50,639 nt of DNA from Rhizobacter sp. Its GTDB lineage: Bacteria > Pseudomonadota > Gammaproteobacteria > Burkholderiales > Burkholderiaceae_C. Within the stretch, counting starts at the first letter, position 1; every line of letters begins with the position of its first letter. Below, in pieces: positions 47,027 through 50,639 of this stretch. A model generated the notes under the pieces. It was not told where the DNA came from and did not search any database. It worked only from the letters and a program-made list of their open reading frames with translations. The position numbers and the translations under genes are program-made. Where the stretch lies: contig JAYSYW010000168.1 of NCBI GenBank assembly GCA_043727255.1, forward strand, positions 1 to 50,639, read 5' to 3'.

Positions 47027-47935
47027 ATGACTCCATCCGTTCTCGAATCCACGCTCACTTCTTTGCCGCTGCTCGCCCGCGGCAAGGTGCGCGACAACTA
47101 CGCGGTGGGTGACGACCGCATTCTCATGATCGCCAGCGACCGGCTCAGCGCCTTCGACGTGATCATGGGCGAGCCGATTCCCGGCAAGGGCGCCTTGCTC
47201 ACGCAGATGGCGCTGTTCTGGTTCGACAAGCTCGGCAGCATCGTGCCGAACCACCTGACTGGCGACGACCCGGTGGGCGTGGTGACCGAAGCCGAACGTG
47301 CCCAAGTGGCCGGCCGATCGATGCTGGTCAAGCGCCTGAAGCCGCTGCCTGTTGAGGCCGTGGTGCGCGGCTACCTCGCCGGCAGTGGCTGGGCCGAGTA
47401 CCAGGCGAACCAGCAGGTGTGTGGCGTGAAGCTGCCGGCCGGTTTGAAGAACGCCAGCAAGCTGCCCGAACCCATCTTCACGCCCGCGACCAAGGCCGAG
47501 ATGGGCGACCACGACGAGAACATCGCGTTCGACCGCATGGAAAGCATCGTCGGCCCCGAGTTGGCGAAGCGGGTGCGCGAAGTGTCGATCCAGCTCTACA
47601 AGACGGCGGCCGACTTCGCGCTGACCCAGGGCATCATCATTGCCGACACCAAGTTTGAATTCGGGCTCGATGCCGACGGCACGCTGACCTTGATGGACGA
47701 GGTGCTCACGCCCGACTCATCGCGCTTCTGGCCGGTTGAAGGTTATGAAGCGGCATTCCAGGCTGGCAAGAATCCGCCCAGCTACGACAAGCAGTTCGTG
47801 CGCGATTGGTTGGAGCAGGCACGCGTGAACGGCGAGCCCTGGAACAAGCAGGCACCCGCACCGGCCTTGCCGCCGGACGTCATCGCCCACACCGCCGCGA
47901 AATACCGCGAAGCGCTGCAACGGCTGACTGGCTGA
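47027..47935 (+). CDS. purC: Phosphoribosylaminoimidazole-succinocarboxamide synthase
   Basis: [42 protein letters not shown]. Confidence 0.98.
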   Translation: MTPSVLESTLTSLPLLARGKVRDNYAVGDDRILMIASDRLSAFDVIMGEPIPGKGALLTQMALFWFDKLGSIVPNHLTGDDPVGVVTEAERAQVAGRSMLVKRLKPLPVEAVVRGYLAGSGWAEYQANQQVCGVKLPAGLKNASKLPEPIFTPATKAEMGDHDENIAFDRMESIVGPELAKRVREVSIQLYKTAADFALTQGIIIADTKFEFGLDADGTLTLMDEVLTPDSSRFWPVEGYEAAFQAGKNPPSYDKQFVRDWLEQARVNGEPWNKQAPAPALPPDVIAHTAAKYREALQRLTG

Positions 47936-47943
47936 GGCTCCAC

Positions 47944-49053
47944 GTGGCCACCTCGCGCCTGCTGACCCAACTCGACGCCGCCATCGCGGCGGCCAGCCAC
48001 CCGGTCAAGGCCGATTGCCTGCGGGCCGAACGCGCCGGTTTCCTGGCCCGGCAAGGGCGGCTCGACGAAGCCCGGCAGGTGCTGTCGTCGCTGCACATGC
48101 AGTACGCCAGCCACCCCACAGCCACCGTCAGCGCGTGGCTGGCGCTGGCCGACGGTTTGCTCGGTTACTTCAGCGACATGAACGACATGGCGCGCGACAA
48201 GATGCGCCGCGCCTATGCACTCAGCGGGGCCGCCCGCGATTTGCCGCTGCATGCGCTGTCGGCCGCATGGTTGGCCCTGATGGATTTCGTGCATCACGAC
48301 TTCGGCGCGCTCGGGCGCCATGTCGCCGACGCGTTGCAGTTCGCGGCGCCCGACCACCACGCCGTGCATACCCGTGTGTCTTTGCTGCTGGGGCAGGTCT
48401 ACCACTTCGCCGGTCGGTTTGATCTGGCCCAACCCTGGTACGCCAAGGCACGGCAGCACGCCAGCGCCGAAGGCGACGAAGTGACGCAGGCGGCGATCAT
48501 CCACAACATGGCGTGGATGCACTTGAACCAGTCGCGCCAGGCGCTGCTGGGCGGCATATCACCTGAAGGTGGCTCGACGCGTCAGGCCGCGTTGGGGGCT
48601 GAATCAAGCTTCAACTTCGACGCCTTGCTGGGCGTGTCGTCACTCGATTCGTTGGTGCCAATGCTTCGTGCGCAGGTGTTGACGCTGCAAGGCCAGTGGG
48701 AAGCGGCGCTGGCGCTCTTCGATGGTCATTTGGCGCACGCCGTGGCCCAAGGCCTGGGGCGCATGCAGGCGAACCTGCGTGCCGAGATGGCGTGGTGCCG
48801 GCTTCAGCTGGGCCAGATCGACGCGGCGCGGGCCGATGCGCGCGCGGCCCTGATGGCGCTCGAAGAAGAATGCGACATCGATGACCGCGCCGCCACACAC
48901 AGCCGCTTGGCGATGTTCTATCGGGCACTCAACGACGAAGAAACGGCGCAGCGGCATGCCCAACAAGCGCCGCTCGACTGGACCCAGCATGTGGCCGATC
49001 AAGCCCTGGCCATTGCGACGCTCGACAAAGCGCTGAACATCAAGCCCAACTGA
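47944..49053 (+). CDS. All-alpha TPR-like hypothetical protein
   Basis: GTG start 8 nt after the purC stop; repeated Ala/Leu-rich helix pairs (GRLDEARQVL, GRFDLAQPWY, GQWEAALALF, GQIDAARADA). Confidence 0.7.
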   Translation: MATSRLLTQLDAAIAAASHPVKADCLRAERAGFLARQGRLDEARQVLSSLHMQYASHPTATVSAWLALADGLLGYFSDMNDMARDKMRRAYALSGAARDLPLHALSAAWLALMDFVHHDFGALGRHVADALQFAAPDHHAVHTRVSLLLGQVYHFAGRFDLAQPWYAKARQHASAEGDEVTQAAIIHNMAWMHLNQSRQALLGGISPEGGSTRQAALGAESSFNFDALLGVSSLDSLVPMLRAQVLTLQGQWEAALALFDGHLAHAVAQGLGRMQANLRAEMAWCRLQLGQIDAARADARAALMALEEECDIDDRAATHSRLAMFYRALNDEETAQRHAQQAPLDWTQHVADQALAIATLDKALNIKPN

Positions 49054-49095
49054 ACGTGCGGCGCTCCGGGCGGCACGGGCCGCCCACTGGCCGGG

Positions 49096-50040
49096 TCAGA
49101 ACAAGGCCATGCTCAGCTTGCGGCGGTATTGGTCCACCACCGGGTCGGCGGACGCGGTGTTCACCTTGCCAGCCAATTCAAGCGTGCCCTTGGCCGCGGC
49201 GGCCTCGGGTTTGGCGGGGGTCGCCGGCTTGCTCATCAGCTCAAGGATCGCCACGTAGGTTTTGCGCGCCAACTCGTCGCGCCAGCCTTTGTCGCGCATC
49301 ACGATTTCCAGCAACTCGTCCATCGCAGCAGTGAATCGCTGGGCGGCGAAATGGGTTTGCGCCAACTCGTAGCGCGCATCGAAGTCACGCCGGTTCGTGG
49401 CGATGGCGGCGGCCAGCGCCTCTTCACTGCGGGCCGAGGCTGCTTTCTCGATGGCATCAAGCCACAGGCCGGCTGCGGCCAGGCGGGGGTCGAGCAACAC
49501 CTTGCTGGCCACGGGCTCGAACGCGCGGCGCGCATCGTCGGCGCGGTGGGCCATCAGCAGGGCGCGAAGGTAGTCGTAACGGGCGTTGTTGTTGGCCGGG
49601 TCGATGGCAACGGCTTCCTGAAGCTTCTCGATCGCGCTGTCGGCGTCTCCGCCGGCCAGCAACTCCTCGGCGGCGGCCAGGTCTTCGTCGGCCGCCATTT
49701 CTTCGGCGGTGGGCACGTGCTTGTCGAGGAACTCGCGCAGTTTTGCCTCGGGCAACGCGCCCACGAAACCATCGACCGGCTGGCCGTCTTTGAACATCAC
49801 GCAGAACGGGATGCTGCGCACGCCGAACATCTGCGACAGCTGGCCCGAGATCTCGGGTTGTTCGTCGGCGTTCAGCTTGGCCAGCTTGAAACGGCCGGCA
49901 TAGGCCACTTCGAGTTTTTCAAGCACCGGGGTGAGCGCCTTGCAGGGGCCGCACCACGGCGCCCAGATGTCGAGCAGCACCGGCTGCGTGAGAGATGCGG
50001 TGATGAGGTCGCTCTCGAAGTTTTGAATCGAAATGTCCAT
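49096..50040 (-). CDS. ybbN: Thioredoxin/TPR chaperedoxin (YbbN/CnoX family)
   Basis: [19 protein letters not shown]-terminus ending [10 protein letters not shown]. Confidence 0.9.
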   Translation of the reverse strand: MDISIQNFESDLITASLTQPVLLDIWAPWCGPCKALTPVLEKLEVAYAGRFKLAKLNADEQPEISGQLSQMFGVRSIPFCVMFKDGQPVDGFVGALPEAKLREFLDKHVPTAEEMAADEDLAAAEELLAGGDADSAIEKLQEAVAIDPANNNARYDYLRALLMAHRADDARRAFEPVASKVLLDPRLAAAGLWLDAIEKAASARSEEALAAAIATNRRDFDARYELAQTHFAAQRFTAAMDELLEIVMRDKGWRDELARKTYVAILELMSKPATPAKPEAAAAKGTLELAGKVNTASADPVVDQYRRKLSMALF

Positions 50041-50123
50041 CGTTTCTGCTGCCGGGTTTGGGGGGCGGGGCGGGGTGGCTCGCCGCCTACAATTCAAGGT
50101 TCTTCAAGCACCTGGAGCGAGCT

Positions 50124-50639
50124 GTGAACAGCGCCCCCGTGGTTGGCGTGGTGATGGGGTCCAGCAGTGACTGGGAAACCCTGCGCATCGCCACCGAGAT
50201 TCTCGCCGAGTTCGGCGTTCCCTTTGAAGCCCGCGTGGTCTCTGCGCACCGCATGCCCGACGACATGTTCGCCTATGCCGAAGCCGCCCGCGGCCGCGGC
50301 CTGCGCGCTCTCATCGCCGGGGCAGGCGGCGCGGCGCACCTGCCCGGCATGCTGGCCGCCAAGACCAGCCTGCCGGTGCTCGGCGTGCCGGTTGCCAGCC
50401 GCCACCTGCAGGGCGTCGACTCGCTGTATTCGATCGTGCAGATGCCCCAAGGCATTCCGGTTGCCACATTCGCCATCGGCGCCGCCGGTGCCGCCAATGC
50501 CGCCCTTTTCGCCGTGGCGTTGCTGGCCAATGAAGACGCAGACCTGCACGCACGGCTCGAGGCGTTCGCGCAGCGCGTCGTCGTGGTTGGCCAGCATCGC
50601 CACGGCGAACAGCGCGGCGTTGGCAGCGCCGGCGCCGCC
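50124..50639 (+). CDS. purE: N5-CAIR mutase PurE (3' incomplete; native sequence appears to end near 50567)
   Basis: Not in the ORF track because it has no stop; translates [11 protein letters not shown]...VVSAHRMPD...[13 protein letters not shown]...[13 protein letters not shown]...NAALFA. Confidence 0.95.
   Translation, partial: MNSAPVVGVVMGSSSDWETLRIATEILAEFGVPFEARVVSAHRMPDDMFAYAEAARGRGLRALIAGAGGAAHLPGMLAAKTSLPVLGVPVASRHLQGVDSLYSIVQMPQGIPVATFAIGAAGAANAALFAVALLANEDADLHARLEAFAQRVVVVGQHRHGEQRGVGSAGAA
50568..50639 (-). other. Inverted, diverged copy of a purE segment (probable chimeric contig end)
   Basis: Reverse complement encodes [24 protein letters not shown], homologous to [24 protein letters not shown] at 50478-50549. 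Confidence 0.8.

Noticed and set aside
1-50639. CRISPR arrays, tRNA/rRNA genes, prophage or transposase genes
   Set aside because: None recognised by eye; intergenic regions are short and lack regular repeats. A covariance-model scan was not run.

Overview
High-GC betaproteobacterial chromosome segment. Gene content and order suggest Burkholderiales, probably Rubrivivax/Ideonella/Aquabacterium-like (inference). Most of the window is housekeeping and envelope genes: two PAS hybrid kinases, peptidases, frmA-fghA, dsbD, and pgk-pyk-ilvA-fba-purC-ybbN-purE. The standout is a 6.4-kb res-vapC-mod cassette between fba and purC, a Type III-like restriction-modification system with a PIN toxin gene embedded in it. 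There is no separate antitoxin gene. Instead, the last ~38 aa of the restriction subunit resemble the toxin-neutralising C-terminal peptide of VapB antitoxins. This suggests the restriction enzyme is itself the antitoxin, a guard-type abortive-infection backup conceptually like PrrC/EcoprrI. The Mod specificity region is a low-GC, apparently swapped cassette. Other points of interest are a 169-bp fully palindromic MITE with CTAG ends upstream of pgk, a secreted Cys-repeat protein, a degenerate HD-GYP protein, an HTH-HATPase-STAS fusion, and an inverted, diverged purE fragment at the window end that is probably a chimera. All family calls come from motif recognition by eye; no searches were run.
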